64,000 bases of DNA from Akkermansiaceae bacterium (GCA_051251915.1 JBPOGF010000001.1:288001-352000); one strand, 5' to 3'; positions 46,827 to 57,020 are shown, counted from the stretch's first letter. The notes: generated by a model from the sequence alone, not told the origin. Program-made: numbers and translations.

Positions 46827-49193
46827 TTACTCGATGACTTTTATGAGGTTGTGGCTGTGTAGCCAGCCTTTGGTTTTATCGGGGAGTTCGATGTAGCTGT
46901 AGGTTCCTCTGGAGCTTAGGATGTGGCATTCGGAGGCGGGAGGGGTGGTGGTGATGAGGTGGCTGCCGGTGATGGGTTGTTCTGTTAGATGGCTGGGATT
47001 GATGATGATGGCGAAGGGGGGACCGCTGATTTTTTCTCTGTGGGGGTGCATGAAGTATGCGTAGCCGCTGAGGGATGCGGTGCAGAGTGCTAGCATGGCG
47101 AGGGAGATGATGAGGGTGATTTTGTTTTTAGGTTTTAGTATTTTGAGGTAGAGGATGGCGATGAGGATAAACCAGAGGGATAGGCTGAGGGTGATGTAGT
47201 AGGTGTTGAGCGAGAGGGTGCTGATCCAGTCTTGGAGGGAGCCGCTTTTGATGTAGGAGCTGGAGACTATGCTGGTTTGCTGGTTCTGAATTAGGGTTAA
47301 ATTATGTTTAGCGCGGGAGTGGTATGGGTCTAGGAGGAGTGCGCGGTGATAGAAGACGGCGGCTAGTCCGGGGTGGTCTAGTTTCTGGTGGCAGTTGCCG
47401 ATGTTGTAGAGTAGGTCTGGGGAAGTTGGTGGGGAGTGGCTAGGGAGTTTGGCTTGGTATTGAGTTAGGGCGTTGTTGTATTCTGCTTTGTTCCATTCGC
47501 TGTCGGGGGAGGCGTGGCTGAACTGGGGGGCGATGAGGAAGAGGAGGATGGTGAGTTTTTTTAGGGCATCGATGATGGCGGTTTTGCGTTTTTCTGAGAG
47601 TTTGATGGGTTGGTCAGGTTTGTAGCAGTGGTCATCGCGTAGTTGTTGGATGTCTTTGAACTCGGGGTGTTTTTCGGTGTCTACCCAGCGTTGGATGTAG
47701 TTGCTGGTGGTCTTGAGGAAGGTTTCGCCGTCGTGTGCTGCTAGCTCGTTGAGGGTCTTTCGCTGGATGATTTTGTGTGATTGGTTTAGACGGATTGCTT
47801 GGCGTTTTTGGAGTGCGTATTTGAAGAGGAGTAGGAGGCAGAGTGCTCCGGGGATGATGTGGATGAGGTATAGGGGTAAGTTTTTGTACCACGGTGTTTG
47901 AGTGAACTTGGTGCCTTCGATGATGCCGAGCATCTGGTTGGATGGGTCTGTTGGGTTTGAGAGGTTGGAGTCTGTGGATGCGGTAGGGGTAAGTTTTACG
48001 GTTACGGGGACTCCGGGGTAGGTGAGGGTTTGGTAGGCTTTGAGGTCTGGGTCTAGGTAGCTGAAGCTGAATCCTGGTGTGGTGGTGGGTGGGCCGGTGT
48101 TGGTGGGCTGGATGAGGTAGGTGAATTCAGCGAAGGCTTCGAGGTTTTTGCGGAGTTCGCCGAGGTCGCGTTTGCTTTCGGAGATGAGCTTCCAGTGATC
48201 GGCATGGGTGAGTGAGGGGGGAGTGATTTCAGAAAACTTGCCTCTGCCCATGAGGGTGATGTCTGCTTTGATGGATTCTGCTGGGGTGAGCTGAGGTTTG
48301 GTCTCGATGTTGACGCTCATTTTGAACGAGCCGACGTCACCTTTGAAGTCTGCTGGTGGGTTAGGTGGGAGGTCGAGGATGTCTAGCTGGATGGTGTCTG
48401 AGAGTGGGAATATTTCCTGGGTTTCGAGGAATGAGCCCATGCGGTTGATCATGGCTACGTGGTGGACTATGCGGGTTTTGAAGGGGCCTAGGGTGGCCTT
48501 GCCGGGTTTGATACCGGAGACGGTGGTGTGGAATCTGCCTACTTGATAGGTGGTGCCTTTGATGGTTACGTCGCCATTGATAGAGCGGGTGTCTGGGGTT
48601 TCAAATCTCCAGGCGGTGGCGTTTTCTTTGTCGCCGGAGGGGAGTCCCCATTGAGCGACCTTGAGAGATTTAGGAAGGTAGATTTTGTATTCTAGGCGGG
48701 TGGCTTCGTTGGGGTATAGTGGGGATTTTTGGGCGATTAGCTGGGTGTAGTATGTGTAGGTATTGGTGGGGGGGGCTGTGTTTGATGGGTTTAGTGATTT
48801 TGAGGTAATTCGCTTTTTGTTTAGTGATGTTTTGTCACGGACGGTGAGGGTGATGGGGGCTGAGATGTCATCTGGAGAGCCTGGAGTGAAGGTGGTGCTG
48901 GGGATGGTGAAGGTGCCTTTGTTGGGAGAGTTGAATCGATAGACTAGGCGGTAGAATCTGCGGCCGCTTTGGGCTATGACGTTGGTGTCGTAGATCTGGA
49001 AGAAGGCATTGGTGACGGGGATGTCTGGTCTGTTAGGAGGCTGTAACGACTTCATTTCTACGATGAATGTTACGTAGCAGTTCTCGCCGGTGACGAGGTT
49101 GTCTGACGATGTTAGGGTGATCACTTTGGCATTGGCTGTGAAGCAGGCTAGCCAGGTGATAGCGGAAAAGATGAGGATGTGGAGAGTGCGCAT
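46827..49193 (-). CDS. BatD-like protein fused to BatE-like TPR/SH3 region
   Basis: LPPNPP..F.G.VG.F BatD-type segment, LLYNIGNC..A..FY.RAL TPR, C-terminal LPD..KGW. Confidence 0.75.
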   Translation of the reverse strand: MRTLHILIFSAITWLACFTANAKVITLTSSDNLVTGENCYVTFIVEMKSLQPPNRPDIPVTNAFFQIYDTNVIAQSGRRFYRLVYRFNSPNKGTFTIPSTTFTPGSPDDISAPITLTVRDKTSLNKKRITSKSLNPSNTAPPTNTYTYYTQLIAQKSPLYPNEATRLEYKIYLPKSLKVAQWGLPSGDKENATAWRFETPDTRSINGDVTIKGTTYQVGRFHTTVSGIKPGKATLGPFKTRIVHHVAMINRMGSFLETQEIFPLSDTIQLDILDLPPNPPADFKGDVGSFKMSVNIETKPQLTPAESIKADITLMGRGKFSEITPPSLTHADHWKLISESKRDLGELRKNLEAFAEFTYLIQPTNTGPPTTTPGFSFSYLDPDLKAYQTLTYPGVPVTVKLTPTASTDSNLSNPTDPSNQMLGIIEGTKFTQTPWYKNLPLYLIHIIPGALCLLLLFKYALQKRQAIRLNQSHKIIQRKTLNELAAHDGETFLKTTSNYIQRWVDTEKHPEFKDIQQLRDDHCYKPDQPIKLSEKRKTAIIDALKKLTILLFLIAPQFSHASPDSEWNKAEYNNALTQYQAKLPSHSPPTSPDLLYNIGNCHQKLDHPGLAAVFYHRALLLDPYHSRAKHNLTLIQNQQTSIVSSSYIKSGSLQDWISTLSLNTYYITLSLSLWFILIAILYLKILKPKNKITLIISLAMLALCTASLSGYAYFMHPHREKISGPPFAIIINPSHLTEQPITGSHLITTTPPASECHILSSRGTYSYIELPDKTKGWLHSHNLIKVIE

Positions 49194-49196
49194 GGT

Positions 49197-51278
49197 TTAC
49201 CAGTCGATGGCAGGGCGATTGTAGTATCCTCTGCGATTTGTTAGGGGTTTCTTACGCGTGTCTGAGTGTTTCTTGAGGAAGTCTAGGGCTTCTTTTTTGC
49301 TGTTGAATTCTGCGGGGTTTTCGGAGTCTGGGGTGTTTTGGTTGTTTTGAGGTTGGTTGGTATCTTGATTATTTTGGTTTTCTTTTTCTGGTTCGCCGTT
49401 GTCTTCTGGTTGTTCTTCTTTAGGGGGGGATTTTTGCTCGGGTGGGCGATCGCCTTGGTCTCCTTTTTCGCCTTCACCGGGGTTGGTTTTGTTTTCTGGG
49501 TCTTTGTTGTTAGAGTTTTCGTCTTGTTTGTTTTCTGGTCCTTTTTGATCTTCTTTTTGGTCGCCTTTTTGATCTCCCTGTTCATTCTTATCAGGATTTT
49601 GTTTGGGTTGGTCGCCTTGTTTTTTGTCGTCTTTATTTTCGGGTTCAGGTTCTTTTTCTTTTGGATCTTCTTTTTCCTGTTTTTGTTGCTGTTTCTTTTC
49701 TTCGGCGATCTTTTTACGGGCGTCTTTGATGGCTTTGATGACTTGCTCGGATGCTTGTTTGTTAGATTTGGCTGAGGTGTGATTTGGGTTTAAGTTGAGG
49801 AGGTCTGAGTAGTGGGTGACGGCATTTCCTAGTCCTTCTTCGATGTTGTCTAGCGAGGCATTGGTGAGCTTTGCGTTGCGGATCTGGTCTTCTAGATAGT
49901 GGGGGAGGCTTTGCTCGGCGGGGACGTTGAGTTTTGCGGTGTGTTGTTTGTAGAGGGTGTTGGCTAGGTTGTATTGCGCCATGTTCTGGATCTTGGGTTC
50001 AGAGGAAACGAGGGCTTGGCTGTATTCTTGGGTGGCTATGCCGTATTCTCCTAAGCGGTAGGCGGCTTGGGCTATGGAGAGTGAGAGTTTGGCGTGTTGG
50101 TCTCCTTTGGTGCCGTTTCGCGCTATTGTTAGATGGCCGAGGGCTTGGAGGTATTGTTTCTGGTTTAGAGCTGAGTAGCCGGCTTTGATTTGGGCGGGTC
50201 TGGTTAGATACTCGGTATTCATCACATTTAGCCAGGATGACTCATCGGCGCGGCTGGGTGATGAAGTGGTGAAGAAACTTACGAGGAGGATGGCGGGTAT
50301 GCTGGATTTGAATCGGGTGTTGAGGAGGGCACTGAGGATGAGGAGGAAGATGCCGGGGGCGAGGAACCATTGGTAGAGTTCTCTGGGGATCTCGACTTCT
50401 CTGCCTTGTTTCTCGTATTGGTTCATGCTTTGGATGGCTTCTGCGATAGCTTTTTCTGGTTGGGTGTTGATGTGAGTATAGGCTCCGGAGGTGTCTCTGG
50501 CAAGTTGGCGGAGGACATTATCTTGGAGCTTGGTGATGACTACTTTTTGCTGGGTGTCGCGGTGAGGTTCTCCATTGACTGGGATGGTGCCGCCGGCTGT
50601 GGTGCCTACTCCAATGGTGAAGATCTGGACGTAGGATTCCTTTGCGATGCTGGTGATTTCGTCGATTTCATCGAGTGTTTCTGAGCCGTCTGTGATGAGG
50701 ACTAGGGCGTTGGCTTGCTTGCCGGCGCGTTTGAGGGTGTTGATGCCAAGGTAGAGTGCGTCCTTGAGGTTTGAGCCGGCGATGTGGGCTGAGCCGGGGC
50801 CAAGGTGGGCTAGTTCTTCGATGATGGAGGGGTGGTCGATGCTGAGTGAGGTGATGACATTGGGGCTACCCGCGAATGCCATGATGCCGATGTGGTCGTC
50901 AGGGAGGGAGTCGATGAGGTTGACTGCGAAGGCTACTCCGCTGCTGAGTCTGTTTGGCTGGACGTCTTCGCAGAGCATGGAGAGTGAGGTGTCCATGGCG
51001 ATGAGGATGTTGCGCGACTGGATTTTCTCGCGGCTGACTGATTTGCCTGCGTAGGGGCGGCTCATGGCTATGATGATGCAGGCTAGGCCGAGGAGTGAGC
51101 AGGCTAGTGCGATCCAGAAGCGTATGGGTTTATCTTGTGTGACGAGTTCTGAGCGGTGTTGGTGGGAGACAAATGCTGACCAGACTTTGGTTCTATTTCT
51201 GCGCATGATGATGGCCGCTAGTAGGATGAGCGGGATGATGATCAGGGCTGCGAACCAAGCTGGGTAGAGAAAGGACAT
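49197..51278 (-). CDS. BatB-like vWA protein fused to BatC-like TPR / Gln-Glu-Lys-rich region
   Basis: DTSLSM MIDAS, DVQPNRL, LITDG, GVGT..GG.IP, ELYQWFL, YNLAN and terminal DW. Confidence 0.8.
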   Translation of the reverse strand: MSFLYPAWFAALIIIPLILLAAIIMRRNRTKVWSAFVSHQHRSELVTQDKPIRFWIALACSLLGLACIIIAMSRPYAGKSVSREKIQSRNILIAMDTSLSMLCEDVQPNRLSSGVAFAVNLIDSLPDDHIGIMAFAGSPNVITSLSIDHPSIIEELAHLGPGSAHIAGSNLKDALYLGINTLKRAGKQANALVLITDGSETLDEIDEITSIAKESYVQIFTIGVGTTAGGTIPVNGEPHRDTQQKVVITKLQDNVLRQLARDTSGAYTHINTQPEKAIAEAIQSMNQYEKQGREVEIPRELYQWFLAPGIFLLILSALLNTRFKSSIPAILLVSFFTTSSPSRADESSWLNVMNTEYLTRPAQIKAGYSALNQKQYLQALGHLTIARNGTKGDQHAKLSLSIAQAAYRLGEYGIATQEYSQALVSSEPKIQNMAQYNLANTLYKQHTAKLNVPAEQSLPHYLEDQIRNAKLTNASLDNIEEGLGNAVTHYSDLLNLNPNHTSAKSNKQASEQVIKAIKDARKKIAEEKKQQQKQEKEDPKEKEPEPENKDDKKQGDQPKQNPDKNEQGDQKGDQKEDQKGPENKQDENSNNKDPENKTNPGEGEKGDQGDRPPEQKSPPKEEQPEDNGEPEKENQNNQDTNQPQNNQNTPDSENPAEFNSKKEALDFLKKHSDTRKKPLTNRRGYYNRPAIDW

Positions 51279-51292
51279 GGGTGGTTAATTAC

Positions 51293-52291
51293 TTAATTAG
51301 GAGCAGGAGGAGGGGTGATGGCGGTGAGGAAGAGGTGGATGAGGGCGAAGAGGAGTGCGGCGGCGGTGAACCAGGTGTGGTGTTCTTCTTTGTGGCTGAC
51401 GACGCGCTGCTTACGGATGGTTTTTTCTAGGGAGTCGATGCTGCTGAGGGCGTTGTTGAGGTCTTTTGTGTTGAGGGCGCGGTAGTATTGTCCGTTGGTT
51501 TCGGCTGCTATTTTCTTGAGTGTTTCGGTGTCGAACTCTTGTTCTGGGTAGCGCTGGATGCGTGATGAGAGTCTGCCTTCTTTGGAGCCGATGGCGACGG
51601 TGTGGATGGTGATGTTTTGTAGGGCGATGGCCTTGGCTGCCTCGGATGGGGTGATGGTGCCGGAGTTGTTAGAGCCATCGGTGATGAGGATGATGATGCG
51701 GGATTTGGTATCTTTGTATTCGAGGAGGCGGGTGGCGGCGCTGGAGATGGCTGAGCCTATGGCTGTGCCGTCGTCTAGGTCTTTGTCTGGCTCGATGCCT
51801 TGAAGTTTCTCGATGAGGAATGCGTGGTCGAGGGTGACGGCTGCTTCTAGGTAGGATCTGCCAGCGAAGGAGACGATGCCGATGCGGTCGTATGGGCGTG
51901 AGATAATGAAGTTTTGGAGGGTTTGCTTGGCTGCGCGCATTCTAGAGTTGCCGTCGTATTGGACTTCTTTGGCTTCCATGGAGAGGGAGATGTCTAGGGC
52001 TATCATGATGTCTACGCCGCTGGCTTTTTTATCGCTGTAGAGTGTCTTGGTCTGTGGCCTGGCGAGTGAGATGGCTGCGGCTATGATGCAGAGGATGAGT
52101 GTGGTGAGCTTGAATGCTCCAGCGATGTCTTTAGGCTTGGTGCCGAGTGAGCCGAGGATGGAGAGGGAGGAAAAGGTGATGCTTGCAGGGGTGCCCAGTT
52201 TACCTCTGAGCATGAGTAGCGGAGGGATGGCTAGGAGTAGCAGTAGCCACCATGGGTGAGCTAGGCTGAGGTTGTGGAAGTAGGTGTTGAT
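51293..52291 (-). CDS. BatA-like vWA protein (start uncertain)
   Basis: DIMIALDISLSM, DRIGIVSFAG, GTAIGSAI and LITDGSNN. The frame is open upstream of the track ATG (52213) and encodes AHPWWLLLLLAIPPLL. Confidence 0.8.
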   Translation of the reverse strand: MNTYFHNLSLAHPWWLLLLLAIPPLLMLRGKLGTPASITFSSLSILGSLGTKPKDIAGAFKLTTLILCIIAAAISLARPQTKTLYSDKKASGVDIMIALDISLSMEAKEVQYDGNSRMRAAKQTLQNFIISRPYDRIGIVSFAGRSYLEAAVTLDHAFLIEKLQGIEPDKDLDDGTAIGSAISSAATRLLEYKDTKSRIIILITDGSNNSGTITPSEAAKAIALQNITIHTVAIGSKEGRLSSRIQRYPEQEFDTETLKKIAAETNGQYYRALNTKDLNNALSSIDSLEKTIRKQRVVSHKEEHHTWFTAAALLFALIHLFLTAITPPPAPN

Positions 52292-52344
52292 GGTGGTTCT
52301 GGCTGAATTTTAGATGTCGTGCGAATTTGCTGTGTGATCTGCTG

Positions 52345-52848
52345 TTAGAGATTCTTTGGGACGGTGGAGTCGATCCCTCTGAGAAGCGATTCTGTGAGTT
52401 GGATTAGTTTGTTTTTCTCGGTAGGGAGGTGTTGGTCTGGCGAGTATTTGTGATCGGCTAATGCGGTGAGATAGGTGGAGAGTTTTTCGCGTGCTGACTG
52501 AGGTAGTTTATCGAGATCTTGGTGGTCGGCGATGAATTCTTGATGAGTTTGGAAGAGTGATTTGTTGCTGAACTGGCCTTGGAGGTATTGGCGAGTGAGG
52601 AAGGAAAGTTCGGTGGTGAGTTGATTGCTGTCTTGGTTGTTTTCGATTGAGGCCTGTTGGATTTTTTTTAATCGGTCTAGTGCGTCTTTGAGGCTGCTGA
52701 CTTTGGAGGTGGAGGTTTTTTGCTGTTTTAGATACGCGATAATGGCCCAAATGATTAGAACGCAGATGAGGGCGAGGAGGAGCCACTGCCAGGCTAGCAG
52801 TAATGGGGCTGTTTCAGGAGTTTCAATGATGTCTTCGATCTCAGGCAT
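52345..52848 (-). CDS. Bat-operon-associated single-TM protein
   Basis: IEDI..P, TM segment, ALDRL, RQYL..QT..EF and KYS; precedes batA. Confidence 0.7.
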   Translation of the reverse strand: MPEIEDIIETPETAPLLLAWQWLLLALICVLIIWAIIAYLKQQKTSTSKVSSLKDALDRLKKIQQASIENNQDSNQLTTELSFLTRQYLQGQFSNKSLFQTHQEFIADHQDLDKLPQSAREKLSTYLTALADHKYSPDQHLPTEKNKLIQLTESLLRGIDSTVPKNL

Positions 52849-53002
52849 GATGATATCTTGTTTGGTGGTATTTATAGAGAGGGTGGGAGATCTGGAAAGG
52901 AAGAATTTGTCCGGTTTGGTAGATAAAGTTTTGTGAATTATAAATATTTTTTAAAATTATTGAATTGACGTAATTATTGATCGATGTAATTTAAATATTA
53001 TT

Positions 53003-53896
53003 ATGAAAAGTGCCCCCCTTAATAAAATCATAGTATCCGCAGGTCTGCTTGCATTTAGCACAAGCATTTCACAAGCGGACATTTCTCTCGCGGCTAATCT
53101 GACTGGTGATTCTGTATCTGGTTCTACTATTTATATTTTGGATACAATGAGTTCTAGTAATCCACAAGAGATAATGTTCACGTCGGATCCAACAGAATTA
53201 ATCAATGCTCTTGGTGGTGATATCAATTTTGCAGGAGGTAATGTGGAGCTCTATGCTGCTAGTGATGGGGCCTCGATTACAAATTTTAAAACAGCTGATC
53301 ATGTTGAGTTGACTCTTGATTTTGGAATGGGTAATCAGGTTACATTGAGTAGTCTGAATGGACAGGATTGGTTTAATTCATCGACAACAGGTTACGATAC
53401 TACTTGGGGAGCTGATAATTTGGCGAACCAATGGTTCAATGATTTTGTTGATGAGCTTGATACTTTTCCGTCATTAGCTCCATTCACCGCAGATAGGGGA
53501 GATCTTTTTGAAACATTCAGGGATAGTGGTGGATTTCAGCAACAATCTGACCCGAATATTAGTTATGTAGAAGTATCAGGAAACGAAGTGAGGGTGGGGC
53601 TTGGTGGTTTCATAGATATCAAGCCAAGAGTGGCAGCTCTAGTGGCGCAGGCTTCTGGTCTTAATGAGTCAGTTGTTTTGCAGGCTATGCCGGATGGTAT
53701 TCAGTCGAGTGAGGTGGTTTTGATCGATGGGATTGCTTCTTATAGTTTTGAGGCTGTAAATAGTGGTGTATTTCTTGATGATGGAGTGGATTCCTATAGT
53801 GCAACGTATGTGGTGACTGCTCCGGTTCCTGAGCCAACAAGCTCAATGTTACTTCTTTTGGGAGCAGGTTCTGTGGCGCTGAGGAGAAAGCGTTAG
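53003..53896 (+). CDS. PEP-CTERM sorting-signal protein
   Basis: Signal peptide; C-terminal VPEPTSSMLLLLGAGSVALRRKR. Confidence 0.92.
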   Translation: MKSAPLNKIIVSAGLLAFSTSISQADISLAANLTGDSVSGSTIYILDTMSSSNPQEIMFTSDPTELINALGGDINFAGGNVELYAASDGASITNFKTADHVELTLDFGMGNQVTLSSLNGQDWFNSSTTGYDTTWGADNLANQWFNDFVDELDTFPSLAPFTADRGDLFETFRDSGGFQQQSDPNISYVEVSGNEVRVGLGGFIDIKPRVAALVAQASGLNESVVLQAMPDGIQSSEVVLIDGIASYSFEAVNSGVFLDDGVDSYSATYVVTAPVPEPTSSMLLLLGAGSVALRRKR

Positions 53897-54166
53897 TTAC
53901 AGGAACTACTGGCACTCCGTAAGACTAATAAGACAAATGGTTTCAAAGAGGTATTTTAGATAGTGTTTCGGAGCTTGGCTATTAGCAGCTTATTAGCTTC
54001 GGTCCATTTTCATCAGGACCGCTAGATGCGGGAGGGGCTTATATTGAATTATTTGATTTTGTTTTGTGATATGATGAATATCATGAGTCGTTTTCATCAT
54101 ATGGTTATTGACTGATGTATAAGAATTCTATTGTAATGCTATATAGTATTAATTTATAACTTATAA

Positions 54167-54214
54167 AAAAATATAATGAAAACCAAAAATATAATGAAAA
54201 CCAAAAATATAATG
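54167..54214 (+). repeat. 18-bp tandem repeat (aaaaatataatgaaaacc, 2.7 copies) over the start codon
   Basis: Produces MKTKNI-MKTKNI-M with ATGs at 54176, 54194 and 54212. Confidence 0.9.
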
Positions 54215-54889
54215 TTAGCTTTACTCGCCCTGTGCGGGAGCGCTGAGGCTGCGGTAACGATAAGCACTGATGGTTCAGGTAATCTAGGTCAAAGTAATAA
54301 ATACCTAACTGGGACTTCAGGTAATTTTACTTTCGGTCAAGCATCAGATGATTTTATTGCCCAGACGATGACAACAGCGGACAAGGATATTGTGGTTTCT
54401 GAAATTCAAATAACCTATGAGACAGCTACAGCTGCTGGGGAGACTGATGCAATTCTTACATTATATGTGTTCGAAGTAACTGACCCTGAAAGCGCAACGA
54501 TGACATTACCTGCATCTCCTTTCTTTACTGAAACATTCAGTGTTCCTTTGGTAGGAGACAACAATCACACTCGTCTCAGAATAGCCTTGGATGCGGGGAC
54601 TGATTTAAGATTGTCTGCGGAAACCAGTTACGCCTTTTATTTTGACGTTTCTGATCCTACAGCTGCTGGTGAATTTAAGTGGCTACGTTCAACTTCTGCA
54701 GCTGGTGCTGGTGGTACGATTGCTGATGCTGCTTTCTACCAAGATGGAGAAATTAAGAGTAGTGGAGACCGAGATGCTTCTCTATCGATTCTAGGAACAC
54801 TTGAAAACCCTCCAAGTATCCCGGAGCCATCTACTGTTGGGCTTCTTGCACTAGGTGCAGGAACTCTTGTGGTGAGACGGCGTAAGTAG
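54176..54889 (+). CDS. PEP-CTERM sorting-signal protein
   Basis: Signal peptide; C-terminal IPEPSTVGLLALGAGTLVVRRRK. Confidence 0.92.
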   Translation: MKTKNIMKTKNIMLALLALCGSAEAAVTISTDGSGNLGQSNKYLTGTSGNFTFGQASDDFIAQTMTTADKDIVVSEIQITYETATAAGETDAILTLYVFEVTDPESATMTLPASPFFTETFSVPLVGDNNHTRLRIALDAGTDLRLSAETSYAFYFDVSDPTAAGEFKWLRSTSAAGAGGTIADAAFYQDGEIKSSGDRDASLSILGTLENPPSIPEPSTVGLLALGAGTLVVRRRK

Positions 54890-54921
54890 GATTTTCTTTT
54901 AGGAACTATTTTAAAATTATT

Positions 54922-54953
54922 ACCTCATGTCACGTTTGTGATGTGGGGTTTTT
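54922..54953 (+). terminator. Intrinsic terminator
   Basis: Stem acctcatgtcac / gtgatgtggggt (with G-U pairs) followed by Ts. Confidence 0.6.
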
Positions 54954-56460
54954 AGTTTTTGAGGATTTGGATGACTGCGTTGATGGCGTCTTTTTGGCCG
55001 CAGATGTCGTGGTTGGCGGGGACGATGAATTCTGCTTTGCTGAAGTTGAGGTGCGCGCTATGGTAGGAGACTACGCCATCGGTTTCTAATTCGAGGATGG
55101 GCTTGCCGATGTCACCAATGATGGAGTAGCTGGCGATGTTTTTACGCAGGGGCATGCGGTTTAGAGCGATGAGTGAGGGGTTACTGGGCTGGAGTTGATT
55201 TACTGAGCTTTCGCCAGTGCTGAGAAGTTTTTTGGTATGATCTGGGAGGTTGTTACCTGCTAGTTGCCCTAGAGTGAGGACATCTGCGGTTTGCTGGAGA
55301 ATGAAGCTGGGGATGGTGATGATCTTGATGGCGAACCATCCTATGAGCCCGTCTGCGATTTTAGAACCACGGTGGGGGGTGGCTAGGTAGATGACCTTTG
55401 CAGGCTCGGTGAGTGGGGAGTAATGGAAGTAATCGTGGATTTTTGCTTGTTCGGATGCAGAGAATATATCAGAGGGGTGGGCGTCTCCAAGGTATGCTTG
55501 ATGTAGAATTTCTTTTGGCTGGGAGAGGGAGACGCGGGCTATGAGTCCGCCCATGCTGTGGCCTATGATGATGGTTTTTCGGATGTTGGAGTCGTTGTGG
55601 TTGGGGTCAATGGTTTGGATGAGATTGCGGTAGGATTTTCTGAATTCGCTAGAGGTGACGATCCATGGTGTGCCGGTGGGGTAGAAGTAGTACCAGATTT
55701 GGTATTTTTTGCGTAGTTCTGGATCGGCATTGATGGTCTCTGCCATGTCCATGAAGGTTTCAGGGCTGGAAATGAGGCCGTGGATCATGATGATGGGGAT
55801 GCGTTTTTTATCGTAGGGTTCGGCTAGGTAAAAGCCTTGGTGCTTGTCATATTTATTGGGTTTAATGAGGCCTTTGATGCTGAGTGTGGAATTCCCTGGT
55901 AGGTCATTGATGTAGTTCATGACGAGCTTGGGCTGGTAGGCTAGAGCTTGGCCTTGGTGCTTACTGGTGAGGGGGTGGTAGATGTCGATGTGGGTGGTGC
56001 GTTGTCCGTTTTGTTTAGTTTGGGTGGCGACGAGGTTGGCGGGCTGGAGGTTGGTTAGGTATGTGTCTTTGGTAATGGGGGTGAAGAGGAAATCTTTAGG
56101 GGATTTTATTTTGATGAGGGATGCTAGGCCTATGCCTTTGGTGCGGCGTGTGAGGGGGCTGATGGTGTAGCCGCTGGTGATGGCTGAGATTTCGCTCTTG
56201 GTTGCTAGCGGGTGGTGGGAGGTGTAAGTGATGGTGTGTCTGGGGAGGCTCTGGTAGCTATTTGCTGACCATTTAGTTAATAGTGCATGAGTCTGGTGTG
56301 AGCTGAGGATGCGAGGGGTGGAGTCCTCGCTGTGATTACTTTGGGTGAGTGATGGTAGGAGGGTGCAGGAGGGGAGGGAGAGCATCAAAAAAGCCGCCGA
56401 GAATGAGATCAAGGCGACTTTGATGAATTTGAATAAATGGTCGTAATAATTACTACGCAT
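54952..56460 (-). CDS. Alpha/beta hydrolase lipoprotein (esterase/lipase-like)
   Basis: IHGL.SSP, GHSMGG, ATPHRGS, DGVV.Y.SA and C-terminal His. Confidence 0.85.
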   Translation of the reverse strand: MRSNYYDHLFKFIKVALISFSAAFLMLSLPSCTLLPSLTQSNHSEDSTPRILSSHQTHALLTKWSANSYQSLPRHTITYTSHHPLATKSEISAITSGYTISPLTRRTKGIGLASLIKIKSPKDFLFTPITKDTYLTNLQPANLVATQTKQNGQRTTHIDIYHPLTSKHQGQALAYQPKLVMNYINDLPGNSTLSIKGLIKPNKYDKHQGFYLAEPYDKKRIPIIMIHGLISSPETFMDMAETINADPELRKKYQIWYYFYPTGTPWIVTSSEFRKSYRNLIQTIDPNHNDSNIRKTIIIGHSMGGLIARVSLSQPKEILHQAYLGDAHPSDIFSASEQAKIHDYFHYSPLTEPAKVIYLATPHRGSKIADGLIGWFAIKIITIPSFILQQTADVLTLGQLAGNNLPDHTKKLLSTGESSVNQLQPSNPSLIALNRMPLRKNIASYSIIGDIGKPILELETDGVVSYHSAHLNFSKAEFIVPANHDICGQKDAINAVIQILKN

Positions 56461-56475
56461 TATAATATGTGAGGC

Positions 56476-57003
56476 TTATCTAGCACGTAATGTGATGGTT
56501 TTAGGATCATAGTAATCTCTTGGTGAGAAGATCCAGCCGGGTTTTTTGTCGAGCAGCTTGAAGCCTGTTGGCCTGAACTCTGGGAGTAGTGAGTTAGAGT
56601 TAGGGTCGTAGGCTTTTCTGCCAGTGAAGTCACCTGTGATGCGGTATTCGTAGTTTTGGTCATATCCGTAGCTGGCGCCTGATGGGCCGTTTTCAGGAAG
56701 TCTGTCAGGGACAGTTTTGCTACTTTCGTTCATGAGGACGAGCTTGGAGCTTTGCCATGGTTGACCTGGCTTACGGACGTATCCCCAGAAGCGAGTTTTA
56801 TACACGTAGTATCGTCTGCCGTAGTAGAAGTCACCTTTTGGTTCGGCTGCTATCTGGGCGGTTCTTACTGCTGGATCAGGCTCGGGGCCTAGTCTTCCTG
56901 CTGGTGGGATATAGCCTTCACCGCCGCTTCCTGCACAGCTAGAAAAGAGGAAAGAAGAAAGCGCTGTCAGTGTGACAGCGCTGATTTTGAGAAATTTTCT
57001 CAT
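56476..57003 (-). CDS. Hypothetical lipoprotein
   Basis: Lipobox FSSC; co-oriented within the L,D-transpeptidase cluster. Confidence 0.75.
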   Translation of the reverse strand: MRKFLKISAVTLTALSSFLFSSCAGSGGEGYIPPAGRLGPEPDPAVRTAQIAAEPKGDFYYGRRYYVYKTRFWGYVRKPGQPWQSSKLVLMNESSKTVPDRLPENGPSGASYGYDQNYEYRITGDFTGRKAYDPNSNSLLPEFRPTGFKLLDKKPGWIFSPRDYYDPKTITLRAR

Positions 57004-57020
57004 TAGTGATGAGATATGGG

